A stretch of DNA of 64,000 nt from NCBI GenBank assembly GCA_017464685.1, contig JAFTYO010000003.1, forward strand, positions 8,137 to 72,136. The letters run 5' to 3'. Every line of letters begins with the position of its first letter. Within the stretch, counting starts at the first letter, position 1. A program made the position numbers and the translations under genes. The DNA is from Alphaproteobacteria bacterium. Its GTDB lineage: Bacteria; Pseudomonadota; Alphaproteobacteria; RF32; CAG-239. The notes beneath the pieces are model-generated. The model searched no databases. It saw nothing but the letters and a program-made list of their open reading frames with translations, and had not been told where the DNA came from. Below are positions 1 to 9,650 of this stretch, piece after piece.

Positions 1-183
1 GTTTCGCTTTTCGGTAATGAATGGGTGGATTTTTTAAACGCGCATACTCAAAAAAAACTTAATCCCGATGCAGCCGAATTGCTTGTTTATGCACCATATG
101 TTAAAAAAGATAAAGTTTTTAAAAATCAGGATTATCAGATTTTAAGAGATTTTGCCAAATGGTGGATAGGAGAAAATTTATGA
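1..183 (+). CDS. 3' end of a gene entering from the left edge (product unknown)
   Basis: Frame 1 is open from base 1 to TGA at 181-183. The stop overlaps the ATG at 180 (ATGA) of the next gene, which is operon-style coupling. No motif recognised. Confidence 0.4.
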   Translation, partial: VSLFGNEWVDFLNAHTQKKLNPDAAELLVYAPYVKKDKVFKNQDYQILRDFAKWWIGENL

Positions 184-1181
184 TAACTTTTGAATATCCG
201 TATTTATTTTTATTAATTTGTATTCCGTTTTTGGTACGATATTTTTTGCCGCCAGTTAAGGGCTTATACGGAAGTGCATTAAAAGTTCCGTTTGTAACGG
301 ATTTTAAAAATATTGCAAAGATAAATTCGAAGGGCTTGGGTTTCTCGGTATCATCAAGCGGTTTAAGCAAAAAATGGTTAACCACATTGTTAATTTGGCT
401 GTTATTGGTGTTTGCTTTTATGCGTCCGGTAAAAATAGGCGAACCGATAAGGCTGGAGGGGAAATCAAGAGATGTACTGATGGTAACCGACATTTCAACT
501 TCAATGCTTGAAGATGATTTTTATTTTCAGGGCAAAAGAATTAGTCGAATCGGAGCCGTAAAAGCGGTTGTATCCGATTTTGTAAATCGCAGAACTTCTG
601 ACAGATTGGGTTTGATATTGTTCGGAACAAGGGCTTATTTGCAGGCACCGCTGACTTTTGACCGCAACAGTGTTCAAGAAATTTTGTGGTCAATGGAGGC
701 CGGAATGGCCGGCAATTCAACCGCCATCGGCGATGCTCTGGGCTTAGCTTTAAAAAGCTTAAAGGACAGTGGTGAAAGTTTAAACAATAAGGTGATAATA
801 CTTCTTACCGACGGTGAAAATAATGATGGCAGTATCAGTTTGCCTGAGGCAATTATGATGGCTAAAAACGAAGGAGTAAAAGTTTATACGATAGGTGTCG
901 GAAACTCGGGCTTTTCATCAATTGCAAATGCATTTTTCGGTAATATGGTATCAAATTTAGATGAAACCGGTTTAAAAGCCTTGGCCGAAGAAACCAAAGG
1001 GCACTATTTTAGAGCTGATGATTTAAAATCTTTGCTTGAAGTGTACCAGGCAATTGATGTATTAGAACCGGTTGATACAAAGCAAAATTATATTTATCCT
1101 CGCCAAGAGCTCTATTATATACCTCTTTTGGCGGCAGTGTTGCTGGCTTCGGTTTTGATTTTTATATTCAGGAGGCAATAA
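180..1181 (+). CDS. batA: BatA-like von Willebrand factor A domain membrane protein
   Basis: N-terminal TM segment (MITFEYPYLFLLICIPFLV). vWA MIDAS-like DxSxS (VTDISTSM) and LLTDGENN motifs. C-terminal TM. The track ORF starts at 159, but the ATG at 180 overlaps the upstream stop. Confidence 0.7.
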   Translation: MITFEYPYLFLLICIPFLVRYFLPPVKGLYGSALKVPFVTDFKNIAKINSKGLGFSVSSSGLSKKWLTTLLIWLLLVFAFMRPVKIGEPIRLEGKSRDVLMVTDISTSMLEDDFYFQGKRISRIGAVKAVVSDFVNRRTSDRLGLILFGTRAYLQAPLTFDRNSVQEILWSMEAGMAGNSTAIGDALGLALKSLKDSGESLNNKVIILLTDGENNDGSISLPEAIMMAKNEGVKVYTIGVGNSGFSSIANAFFGNMVSNLDETGLKALAEETKGHYFRADDLKSLLEVYQAIDVLEPVDTKQNYIYPRQELYYIPLLAAVLLASVLIFIFRRQ

Positions 1182-2897
1182 ATGTTTATTGAGTTTATAA
1201 CAAATTTTCATTTTTTGCGTCTATGGGTTTTGTTGTTTTTAGTTATTCCCTTTATGTTTTATTTTTATATTTTTAAAAATAACGAAAATGTAAGCTCTTG
1301 GGAAAAGGTTTGTGATAAAAATTTGTTGGATTATCTGCTGATTAAGAAAAAAAACTCTAAACGCAAATTGGGAGTGGCTTTGCTGTATTTTGGGTTGATT
1401 TGTTCCATATTTTCCGCTGCCGGTCCGACATGGAAAAAAACAGACCTACCGGCTCTTGATAACAACGTGCCGGTAATGATTGTGCTTAATATGTCATCTG
1501 ATATGATGAAAACCGATGTAAAACCCGACAGGCTGAGCAAAGCAAAATTAAAAATCGGACAATTGTTAAAAGAGCTGGGATCAGTCCAAAGCGCTTTGAT
1601 AGTTTATACTAATGAGCCGTTTTTGGTCTCGCCGTTATCATCAGACAGTCAGTTGATAATAAATTTATCAGATGCGCTTAATACGGATATTATGCCTGTA
1701 AACGGTGACAGACTTGACAGAGCCATAAAAATGGCTGATGAAAAAATTAAATCGGCAGGTTATGAAAATGGAGATATAGTTGTTTTTACGGCACAGTCTC
1801 CGATGAGCTTTTCTTTAGCGGTTGATGCGGCAAAATCGGCGGTAAAAAACTTCAACAAGGTACATATTGTAAATGTGAGCTCGGAAAAAAATGATAAATT
1901 AAAACAAATTGCAAATGACGGTAACGGAATATATTTGCAAGACGGAGAAAATATAAAAGTACTTATTGATGATATACAAAAGCAAAAAGAAAATTATCAA
2001 AAAAGCAAAAATAACACTGCCGACTGGCTCGATTTTGGTTGGTATATGTTAATTATTCCGGCGCTTTGTTGTTTGGGCTTTTTCAGAAAAGGGGTGTTGA
2101 TGGTTTTATTGTTTTTAAGCATATCTTTTAATGCCTATGCCGGTTTTTGGTCGGGGGATAATTTTTCGGCAATGAGAAGTTTTAAAAATAAGGATTATGA
2201 AAAAGCCGCTTTAATGTTTAAAAATCAAAAATGGAAAGGAGCAGCACATTACAAGGCCGGAAATTATGCAGATGCCGTTAAGCTTTTTGAAGGCAAAACA
2301 GATGTCGAATCGATGTATAATTACGGCAATGCACTGGCTAAAAGCGGAAAAATTGATGAAGCTATCAAAGTTTATGAAAATATTTTGCAACAAGATAAAT
2401 CTCACGAAGATGCAAAGTATAATTGGGAGTATTTAAAAAAACAACAGCAAAATAAATCAAAAAATCAAAAGCAAGATAACAAGCAAAACAATGAGCAAAA
2501 ACAAAAATCCGATAACAATGAAAATCGGGATAATAATCAGCAAAATCAGCAGAACCAAAGTGCAAAACAAGATGATAATCAGGAAGAAAATAAGGACAAT
2601 CAAGAGGCAAAAGCACAAAATGTGATGTCATCGGCGCAAGCAGATGAAGAAAATAACGATAAAAAAGGTGATGACAATTCAAAAGAAAATCAATCAAAAC
2701 AAAATCAGAAAACCGAGCAGAGTGCTGAAGAACAAAAAGCTCCGAAGATGGGAGCAAAGCAAGGTTCCAATGATGAAAAATATGATGAAGAAGTTCATGC
2801 AAAAATTCAAAAATTCAGAGAAGTTCCCGAAGATAAGGGTGGACTGATACGAGCATTTATCCAAAAAGAATATTTAAAAAACAGGTATGGAGATTGA
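1182..2897 (+). CDS. batB: BatB-like vWA protein fused to a TPR (BatC-like) region, with a long N/Q/K/D/E low-complexity tail
   Basis: N-terminal TM segments and a vWA-like core. A second TM pair is followed by TPR-like YEKAALMF..GNYADAVKLFEG..YNYGNALAKSGKIDEAIKVYE. A ~130-aa charged low-complexity region follows. Confidence 0.6.
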   Translation: MFIEFITNFHFLRLWVLLFLVIPFMFYFYIFKNNENVSSWEKVCDKNLLDYLLIKKKNSKRKLGVALLYFGLICSIFSAAGPTWKKTDLPALDNNVPVMIVLNMSSDMMKTDVKPDRLSKAKLKIGQLLKELGSVQSALIVYTNEPFLVSPLSSDSQLIINLSDALNTDIMPVNGDRLDRAIKMADEKIKSAGYENGDIVVFTAQSPMSFSLAVDAAKSAVKNFNKVHIVNVSSEKNDKLKQIANDGNGIYLQDGENIKVLIDDIQKQKENYQKSKNNTADWLDFGWYMLIIPALCCLGFFRKGVLMVLLFLSISFNAYAGFWSGDNFSAMRSFKNKDYEKAALMFKNQKWKGAAHYKAGNYADAVKLFEGKTDVESMYNYGNALAKSGKIDEAIKVYENILQQDKSHEDAKYNWEYLKKQQQNKSKNQKQDNKQNNEQKQKSDNNENRDNNQQNQQNQSAKQDDNQEENKDNQEAKAQNVMSSAQADEENNDKKGDDNSKENQSKQNQKTEQSAEEQKAPKMGAKQGSNDEKYDEEVHAKIQKFREVPEDKGGLIRAFIQKEYLKNRYGD

Positions 2898-4590
2898 TAT
2901 GAAATATGTTGCATTTTTGTTTGGTATGTTGTTTGGTTTTGGTTGCGAAGCTGCCAATATAACCGCGTCAGTAAACAGAAATATCGTGCCGGTTGATGAG
3001 GTTTTTGTGTTAACGATAAGTGCTGATGAAAACACCAATGAGAAGCCGGATTTAAGTGTTTTAGATGATGATTATACTGTGTATTCTACATCTTCTTCTA
3101 AAAGCACTTATGTTGTAAATTCAAGGGTTACAAGTACTACCAAATGGCAAATAGGAATTTCGGCCAACAAGACCGGAAAACAAAAAATTCCGGCAATTAA
3201 GGTTGGAAATGATATTTCAAATGAAATTGAAATTGAAATATTATCTGAAGGAGCGGTTGTTGATGAACAACTTGGAGAACAAAAATATAAAATTAAAACC
3301 GAATTTGATGCTAAAAAAAGCTATTATGTGCAAGAGCAAATACCGGTAAATGTTGTTGTTACCGATATTGGCGGTTTGCAAGGAGGAGAGCCTGTTTTTG
3401 ATAATAGCGATGAATGGATAATTAAGAGTTTGGGACAACCTGACGTGGTTTCAAGATATGAAAATGGAAACAGTGTCAGAGATATAATTTTTAAATATGT
3501 TTTATTTGCGCAAAAAAGCGGAAGACTTTTCATTCCGACCGTTCGTTTCAACGGTTATACGGTTTCCAACTCGGGAGGAGGAATTTTTTCGGGCAATATA
3601 TTAAATCTTAATGTTGGTTTTCCGTCCGGATTTGGTTTTGAAGTTCCGATCAATTTGGTGGCGCCAAAAAAACAAATTGATATAAAATCGGTGCCGACTG
3701 ATTATGGAAGAAATTGGTGGTTGCCTGCAAAAGATGTTATGGTTAGCGCCGATTTCATTGATAAACCCGAATTTGTGGAAGGTGAGGCTTTCAGCAGAGA
3801 AATTGTTTTAAAAGCCGTCGGAGTTATAGATACGCAACTTCCCGAGTTTGATTTTCAAGATACCGAGAGTCTAAAGCAATACCCACAAAGAAGTACAAAC
3901 TCTACTGAACTTATTGACGGTGAACCTGTGGCAATCAAAAAAACGGTAAATGTTTATATTCCGGAAAAGTCGGGAGAAGTTATGTTACCGGCAATTGAAG
4001 TTGAGTGGTTTAATATAAAAACTTTAAAACCGGAAACCGCACAAGTGCCGGAAGTTACAATTTTTGTAAAAAAGAATCCGAATATTACAACAATTGGAAA
4101 AGAACCTGAGCTTCAAACGACGGAAAATACAGAAAATGAGAATGTAAAAGATGATAAACAAATGCTCACATTGACACAACTGGTATCGTTGCTTATAGCA
4201 GTTTTGTTGTTAGGAATGTTATTGGGATATCAAGTTTTCAAGTGTCGAAAATTTAAAGGTGAAAAACCACATTGTGAAACAAGAGCATATCCTGATTTTA
4301 TTGTTAAAAAAGCATATGAAAATGATTTTAGAGGTTTAAGAGATGCCCTAATATCTTGGGCGACGGGTTTTTATCCTCAAAAAAATATCACTACATTAAA
4401 AGATGTAGCAACTGCCGTCGAAGATGAAAAATTTTCCGAGCAGATTGATATCATTATTGATAAATTGTACAATCCGAAAGATGAGAAAAGTTTTAATGCA
4501 AAAATTTTTGCTGATTTGTACAACAAAATAGTAAAAAAAGCGAAAAAAACAGATAAAAGGAAAATACCTTTACCCAAGCTGTATCAATAA
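2887..4590 (+). CDS. batD: BatD-like (oxygen-tolerance family) secreted/membrane protein
   Basis: Signal peptide, a long beta-rich ectodomain, a single C-terminal TM (LVSLLIAVLLLGMLLGY) and a basic tail. It overlaps the batB stop. The gene order batA-batB-batD supports the call. Confidence 0.55.
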   Translation: MEIDMKYVAFLFGMLFGFGCEAANITASVNRNIVPVDEVFVLTISADENTNEKPDLSVLDDDYTVYSTSSSKSTYVVNSRVTSTTKWQIGISANKTGKQKIPAIKVGNDISNEIEIEILSEGAVVDEQLGEQKYKIKTEFDAKKSYYVQEQIPVNVVVTDIGGLQGGEPVFDNSDEWIIKSLGQPDVVSRYENGNSVRDIIFKYVLFAQKSGRLFIPTVRFNGYTVSNSGGGIFSGNILNLNVGFPSGFGFEVPINLVAPKKQIDIKSVPTDYGRNWWLPAKDVMVSADFIDKPEFVEGEAFSREIVLKAVGVIDTQLPEFDFQDTESLKQYPQRSTNSTELIDGEPVAIKKTVNVYIPEKSGEVMLPAIEVEWFNIKTLKPETAQVPEVTIFVKKNPNITTIGKEPELQTTENTENENVKDDKQMLTLTQLVSLLIAVLLLGMLLGYQVFKCRKFKGEKPHCETRAYPDFIVKKAYENDFRGLRDALISWATGFYPQKNITTLKDVATAVEDEKFSEQIDIIIDKLYNPKDEKSFNAKIFADLYNKIVKKAKKTDKRKIPLPKLYQ

Positions 4591-4653
4591 AATATTGCAA
4601 TATACTTTTTTATGTGTTCTAATAACTACAGTTTTATTATATAAGGATGGGCT

Positions 4654-5730
4654 ATGTTTTTTATGAAAAAATTGTTTTTAGGTTTGGGCTTTTTGTTTTT
4701 GATTTCTTTAGGTGGAGCCGGAACTCAAAGCAATAGTCTTCTTATGCAAGGTCTGGGTTTTTTCGGTATTATAATCGGTTTGGTGATTTTATATGTTTTC
4801 GGTAAGATGGTTTGGCGAGTGGTCGGTTGTTTTCCGTCATTTTTGATAATATCGGTTATTGTGTTGTTTATGATGTATTCTTTTGGAATGTTTAACAATG
4901 GTTTATCTGGTGTCGGAGATGCAATTTTAAAATTTATCGGTAGAGAAACAACATCACAAGCATCACAAAACAATGTTGCACCAATGCCTTCGGTAGAAAA
5001 CAATCAACCACCAGCACAAGATACGTTTAAGCCGGAATTTGAAGATAATAAACTTAAAGATGATACTCAAAGTGGTTATGTTGACGCAACATTGTTTGAA
5101 AATATGCAATCTGCTTCCGATGATGTTAAGCAACAAACGGCACCTGTTCAACAGCAACAAGGACAAGTAACCTCAGCAGGTTTTATTGATAATGTGTTGT
5201 CGGCAATTTCGGGTAAGCAAGCTCCTGCGCAGCAACCAAAACAGTTTAATCCTAATGATTATCCGGTTGTTTATGGCTCAGTAAGAGTAGTAAATGCCGA
5301 TACTTTAATTATGTATGGAAAATATTTTAAGCTGTTTGGAATTGATGCGCCCGAATCAAACCAAACCTGTGCAAATAAAAACGGAAGATCGTATAATTGC
5401 GGTAGAGAGGCTGCAATGTGGCTTAAAAATTGGATTGGTGAAAACGAGCTTGAGTGTCATGTAATCAGGCAAAACACCAAAGGTGATATGGAAGGAACTT
5501 GTTCTTACGGTCCATATGATTTGGGTGCCGCACTTGTCAATGCCGGTTGGGCGGTGGCTAATGTGAAAATAACAGACATTTATTATCCTTATGAGGTACA
5601 AGCTAAAGAAAATAGAAGGGGATTATGGCAAGGACAGTTTTATATGCCATGGGATTGGCGCAAAATGCAAAATCGTAAGGCAAAAATAAAAGTGGTTGCC
5701 CCAAAAAAGAAAAATATGTTTGGAATATGA
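4654..5730 (+). CDS. membrane-anchored staphylococcal-nuclease (SNase/thermonuclease)-like protein
   Basis: Three N-terminal TM segments and a Q/P-rich linker. The C-terminal part carries SNase-like motifs (VVNADTLIM..FKLFGIDAPE, GREAAMWLKNWI, ENRRGLWQG). Confidence 0.65.
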   Translation: MFFMKKLFLGLGFLFLISLGGAGTQSNSLLMQGLGFFGIIIGLVILYVFGKMVWRVVGCFPSFLIISVIVLFMMYSFGMFNNGLSGVGDAILKFIGRETTSQASQNNVAPMPSVENNQPPAQDTFKPEFEDNKLKDDTQSGYVDATLFENMQSASDDVKQQTAPVQQQQGQVTSAGFIDNVLSAISGKQAPAQQPKQFNPNDYPVVYGSVRVVNADTLIMYGKYFKLFGIDAPESNQTCANKNGRSYNCGREAAMWLKNWIGENELECHVIRQNTKGDMEGTCSYGPYDLGAALVNAGWAVANVKITDIYYPYEVQAKENRRGLWQGQFYMPWDWRKMQNRKAKIKVVAPKKKNMFGI

Positions 5731-6209
5731 TGTATATTTATAATTGCAATACACAAGAAGAAACTCAAAATTTAGCAAGAGCGCTTTCCGAAATCAGCAC
5801 TTCGCAAGATATTTGGGCTCTTTTTGGCACGCTCGGTGTGGGAAAAAGTGTGTTCAGTCGTGCTTTTATAAAAAATCTTACATCAATTGAGGAAGTGCCA
5901 AGCCCTACATTTACTCTTGTGCAAGTATATGAAGCTCCGAGTTTTGATATTTATCATTATGATTTGTACAGGTTAAAATCGGCTGAAGAAATTTGGGAGC
6001 TTAACATTGAGGAAGCTTTTGCTCAAGCGGTAAGTTTGGTTGAGTGGCCGGAAAAAATGGGACCGTATTTGCCACGAGATTGTTTTAAGGTAAACATTGT
6101 TTCGTTATCTCAAGACAGAAGGCGTATTGAAATTGAAGTTAAATCGGAAAAAAAGAAAAATCGTTTGCTTAAGGCTAAAATTAAACCGGATATAATTGAT
6201 GATAAATAA
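5727..6209 (+). CDS. tsaE: tRNA threonylcarbamoyladenosine biosynthesis ATPase TsaE
   Basis: P-loop GTLGVGKS, SPTFTL and YHYDLYRL motifs. ATGA overlap with the previous stop. Confidence 0.85.
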   Translation: MMYIYNCNTQEETQNLARALSEISTSQDIWALFGTLGVGKSVFSRAFIKNLTSIEEVPSPTFTLVQVYEAPSFDIYHYDLYRLKSAEEIWELNIEEAFAQAVSLVEWPEKMGPYLPRDCFKVNIVSLSQDRRRIEIEVKSEKKKNRLLKAKIKPDIIDDK

Positions 6210-6627
6210 CATTTATGCAACTTGCGTGGCAATAAACGGAAACGGCATTTTAATTTTGGGTAAATCGGGTGTCGGTAAGTCTGATTTAGCTTTAAGGCTT
6301 ATCGAAAATAAAAATGCGGTTTTGGTATCAGATGACAGGGTTGATGTTTGTGCTCGAGATAATCAGGTTTTTGCCAGTGCTCCGGAAAACATTAAGGGAA
6401 TGTTGGAAGTTCGGGGAATCGGGATAATAAAACAAAAATATATGCAAACTGCACCTGTGCGTTTGGTGATAAATTTGGCAGATGATATAAAAAAAATTGG
6501 ACGAATGCCGGAAGAAAAATTTTATGAAATCAGGGGTGTGAAAATACCGTTGGCAGATTTATATCCTTTTGAAGTTTCTGTCGTTGATAAGATTGTTATA
6601 AAATTAAAAGGTATCCTTGAAAATTAG
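6196..6627 (+). CDS. hprK: HPr kinase/phosphorylase C-terminal-domain-only homologue
   Basis: P-loop GKSGVGKSDLAL and the EVRGIGI signature. The short 143-aa form is typical of alphaproteobacteria. Confidence 0.7.
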   Translation: MMINNIYATCVAINGNGILILGKSGVGKSDLALRLIENKNAVLVSDDRVDVCARDNQVFASAPENIKGMLEVRGIGIIKQKYMQTAPVRLVINLADDIKKIGRMPEEKFYEIRGVKIPLADLYPFEVSVVDKIVIKLKGILEN

Positions 6628-6678
6628 GCAAAAAGAACATACAATGCGCATATTGATTGATGTAAAAAGGATAAGAAT

Positions 6679-7488
6679 ATGCCACCTAAAACCATTAATA
6701 GACGCAAACAATTCGAACTTTTTTTAAGAACTTTGGGTAAACCCCTGGTTAAGTTTATTATCAGATTGGGCGAGTTGACTCAATTTGTATTAAAAGCTTT
6801 ATATCATTGTTTTGTTCCGCCGTTTTATTTGAAAAATTTTGTTCGTCAGCTTTTGGATATGGGTTTTTATTCATTGCCGGTGGTTGGACTTACCACCATT
6901 TTTGCCGGTATGGTGATAGCTTTGCAAAGTTATTCGGGGTTTGCTCGTTTTGGAGCCGAAAGTGCGATAGCTTCGGTGGTTTTGATTTCGGTTACAAGAG
7001 AGCTTGCACCAGTATTGTCTGCTTTGATGGTAGCAGGAAGAATCGGAGCGGCGATGGCGGCTGAGATTGGTACAATGCGTGTAACCGAGCAAATTGACGC
7101 ATTGGTAACATTATCTACAAATCCGTTTAAATATTTGGTTGCACCTCGTTTATGGGCCGGTGTGATTGTGTTGCCGATTTTGGTTTTAATCGGTGATGTT
7201 ATCGGAATTTTCGGCGGCTATGTTGTAGGTGTGTTTAAGCTCGGGTTTAATCCGGCAAATTATATAAACTCAACTTTTGAAAATATGGAAGCAATAGATA
7301 TAATCTCAGGACTTACCAAAGCGGCAGTGTTTGGCTTTATTATTTCTTTGATGGGTTGTTACAACGGCTATAAATCAAAAGGCGGAGCGCAGGGAGTGGG
7401 TGAGGCAACAACCAATGCGGTTGTTTCAGCTTCTATCTTGATTTTGATTTTCAACTATATCTTAACCGAAGTTTTCTTCTCAAAATAG
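6679..7488 (+). CDS. mlaE: MlaE-family ABC transporter permease
   Basis: Multi-TM protein with a MlaE-like conserved core (RELAPVLSALMVAGRIGAAMAAEIGTMRVTEQIDAL). Confidence 0.85.
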   Translation: MPPKTINRRKQFELFLRTLGKPLVKFIIRLGELTQFVLKALYHCFVPPFYLKNFVRQLLDMGFYSLPVVGLTTIFAGMVIALQSYSGFARFGAESAIASVVLISVTRELAPVLSALMVAGRIGAAMAAEIGTMRVTEQIDALVTLSTNPFKYLVAPRLWAGVIVLPILVLIGDVIGIFGGYVVGVFKLGFNPANYINSTFENMEAIDIISGLTKAAVFGFIISLMGCYNGYKSKGGAQGVGEATTNAVVSASILILIFNYILTEVFFSK

Positions 7489-7499
7489 GCGAGGTTTAA

Positions 7500-8267
7500 A
7501 TGGCAAAAGAAGTAAAAATTTCAATTCGTAATTTACACAAAGCTTTTGGCAAGAAAAAAGTTTTAAATGGGGTTGATTTAGATGTCGAGGCCGGAAAATC
7601 TCTGGTGGTAATCGGCGGTTCGGGTACGGGAAAATCGGTGTTGATAAAATGTATTCAAGGACTGTTGATACCGGATATGGGGTCGATAAAAATTGATGAT
7701 GCGGAAACTGTCGGAGCCAAAGGCAATAAATTGAAAGATTTTCATTCTAAAATGGGTATGCTTTTTCAGGGCGGAGCATTGTTTGACAGTTTGAGTGTGT
7801 GGGAAAATGTGGCATTTTCGCTTTTGGAAAATAAAAAAGTGGCCAGAGAAAAAGCAAAAGTTGAAGCTATCAGGGTTTTAAGACAAGTAGGCCTTGCTCC
7901 CGATGTGGCTGATTTGTCACCATCTGAATTATCGGGTGGAATGCAAAAAAGAGTAGGCTTGGCACGAGCTATTATCACAAAACCTGAAATAATCTTTTTT
8001 GATGAGCCTACCACCGGACTTGACCCGATTATGGCCGATGTGATTAATGATTTGATTGTCGAATCGGCTAAAGGATTGGGGGCAACAACACTTACCATCA
8101 CCCATGATATGGCATCGGTCAGGAAAATTGCCGATAAGGTGGCAATGTTATATAAGGGAAAAATTATATGGCAGGGTACGGTTAAAGAAATGGATAAAAC
8201 CGACAATCCGTATGTGCAACAGTTTATAAACGGGTGTTCGCAAGGACCGATTAAGGTGGAAGTATAA
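7500..8267 (+). CDS. mlaF: MlaF-family ABC transporter ATP-binding protein
   Basis: Walker A GGSGTGKS, ABC signature LSGGMQKRVGLARA and Walker B IIFFDEPT. Confidence 0.85.
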   Translation: MAKEVKISIRNLHKAFGKKKVLNGVDLDVEAGKSLVVIGGSGTGKSVLIKCIQGLLIPDMGSIKIDDAETVGAKGNKLKDFHSKMGMLFQGGALFDSLSVWENVAFSLLENKKVAREKAKVEAIRVLRQVGLAPDVADLSPSELSGGMQKRVGLARAIITKPEIIFFDEPTTGLDPIMADVINDLIVESAKGLGATTLTITHDMASVRKIADKVAMLYKGKIIWQGTVKEMDKTDNPYVQQFINGCSQGPIKVEV

Positions 8268-8270
8268 GAT

Positions 8271-9638
8271 ATGGCAAAAAAGTCAATTGTGGAATATGTT
8301 TGTAATCAGTGCGGCGCGGTTTATCCTAAATGGCAGGGAAAATGTGACTCTTGCGAACAGTGGAATACTATTGAAGAAGAAAAACTTCAGGGCGGCGGGT
8401 TTTCTATTTTGCCCAATAAGAAAAAAGGTGAAATGATAGAATTTGTACCATTAAGCGGTAATGCTCAAACTTATGACCGTCTAAAAACCAATATTAAAGA
8501 AATTGACCGAGTTACAGGTGGCGGTTTAGTCCCCGGTTCGGCAATTTTGGTCGGTGGAGACCCTGGAATCGGAAAATCGACTTTGTTGTTGCAGGTATGT
8601 GCCGGAGTTGCCAATTTGAGCAAAGATTATGAATGCTTTTATATATCTGGTGAGGAAGCTATTGACCAAGTCAGAATTAGGGCGCAAAGGTTGGGGCTTG
8701 CAAATTCGCCGGTTAAACTTGCTAGTACAACCGAGGTGAAAGATATTGTGGCAACCGTTGAAAAAGCAAATCCGACTGTTGTGATAATAGATTCTATTCA
8801 GACGATGTATTTGGAAAATGTCGAATCGACTCCGGGGAGTGTTTCTCAAGTAAGAGCTTGTGCATATGAACTGATTAAACTTGCCAAGCGCAAGGGTTTT
8901 GTATTGTTTTTGGTGGGGCATGTTACCAAGCAGGGCGCAATTGCCGGTCCAAGAATTTTGGAACATATGGTTGATACGGTTTTATATTTTGAAGGTGAAA
9001 GAGGACACCATTTCCGCATTTTGCGTGCGGTTAAAAATCGCTATGGTGCAACTGATGAAATCGGTGTTTTTGAAATGCAAGATAAAGGACTTGTTGAGGT
9101 CGAAAATCCGTCGGCATTGTTCTTGGCAGAAAGGCAAGGAAATGTTTCCGGCTCGTGCGTTTTTGCCGGTATTGAGGGCTCAAGGCCGGTTTTGGTAGAA
9201 ATTCAGGCACTTGTCAGCCAAAGCGGATATTCGAGCCCCAAAAGAGCGGTTGTCGGGTGGGATTCAAACCGATTGGCAATGGTTTTGGCGGTTTTGGAAG
9301 CCAGATGCGGTATGAATTTCAGCTCGCAAGATGTATATTTAAATATTGCCGGCGGATTAAAAATTTCGGAACCGGCGGCTGATTTGGCGGTGGCAATGGC
9401 GGTTATATCTTCACTTACCAATAAGCCTTTGCCGGCAGATATGGTTGTATTTGGTGAAATCGGTTTATCGGGTGAAATCAGAGCCGTGACACAACCGTCA
9501 CTCAGGTTAAAAGAAGCTTGTAAGTTAGGTTTTTCAAATGCAATTGTGCCGACATCGTTCGGTAAAGAAAAGAAGTCCGATATAATGTCATATTATGAAA
9601 TCGGCAATGTCAATCGTTTGATAAATTGGTTTAATTAG
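8271..9638 (+). CDS. radA: DNA repair protein RadA
   Basis: N-terminal Zn finger CNQCGAVYPKWQGKCDSCEQWNT, Walker A GDPGIGKST, KNRYG motif and a Lon-like C-terminal domain. Confidence 0.9.
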   Translation: MAKKSIVEYVCNQCGAVYPKWQGKCDSCEQWNTIEEEKLQGGGFSILPNKKKGEMIEFVPLSGNAQTYDRLKTNIKEIDRVTGGGLVPGSAILVGGDPGIGKSTLLLQVCAGVANLSKDYECFYISGEEAIDQVRIRAQRLGLANSPVKLASTTEVKDIVATVEKANPTVVIIDSIQTMYLENVESTPGSVSQVRACAYELIKLAKRKGFVLFLVGHVTKQGAIAGPRILEHMVDTVLYFEGERGHHFRILRAVKNRYGATDEIGVFEMQDKGLVEVENPSALFLAERQGNVSGSCVFAGIEGSRPVLVEIQALVSQSGYSSPKRAVVGWDSNRLAMVLAVLEARCGMNFSSQDVYLNIAGGLKISEPAADLAVAMAVISSLTNKPLPADMVVFGEIGLSGEIRAVTQPSLRLKEACKLGFSNAIVPTSFGKEKKSDIMSYYEIGNVNRLINWFN

Positions 9639-9650
9639 GAGATAAAATTA

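Noticed and set aside
2644-2847. 67-aa alternate-frame ORF and the antisense ORFs (2365-2802, 2211-2405) within the BatB tail
   Set aside because: They are by-products of the A/G-rich low-complexity coding region. They are embedded in the longer batB-like frame, which continues into a conserved C-terminus overlapping batD.
6196-6627. A short HprK lacking the N-terminal domain, considered as a possible truncation or pseudogene
   Set aside because: The C-terminal-domain-only form with an intact P-loop and EVRGIGI signature is the normal alphaproteobacterial version, so it is ordinary.
7500-8267. Absence of mlaD after mlaEF, considered as a noteworthy operon break
   Set aside because: The absence within one window is weak evidence. 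An MlaC-like gene is present at 27400-28062, and mlaD may simply lie elsewhere in the genome.
8526-9421. Antisense and alternate-frame ORFs inside radA (8526-8966, 8881-9198, 9203-9421)
   Set aside because: radA is unambiguous throughout, with its Zn finger, Walker A, KNRYG motif and Lon-like domain. The embedded ORFs have no start context or motifs.
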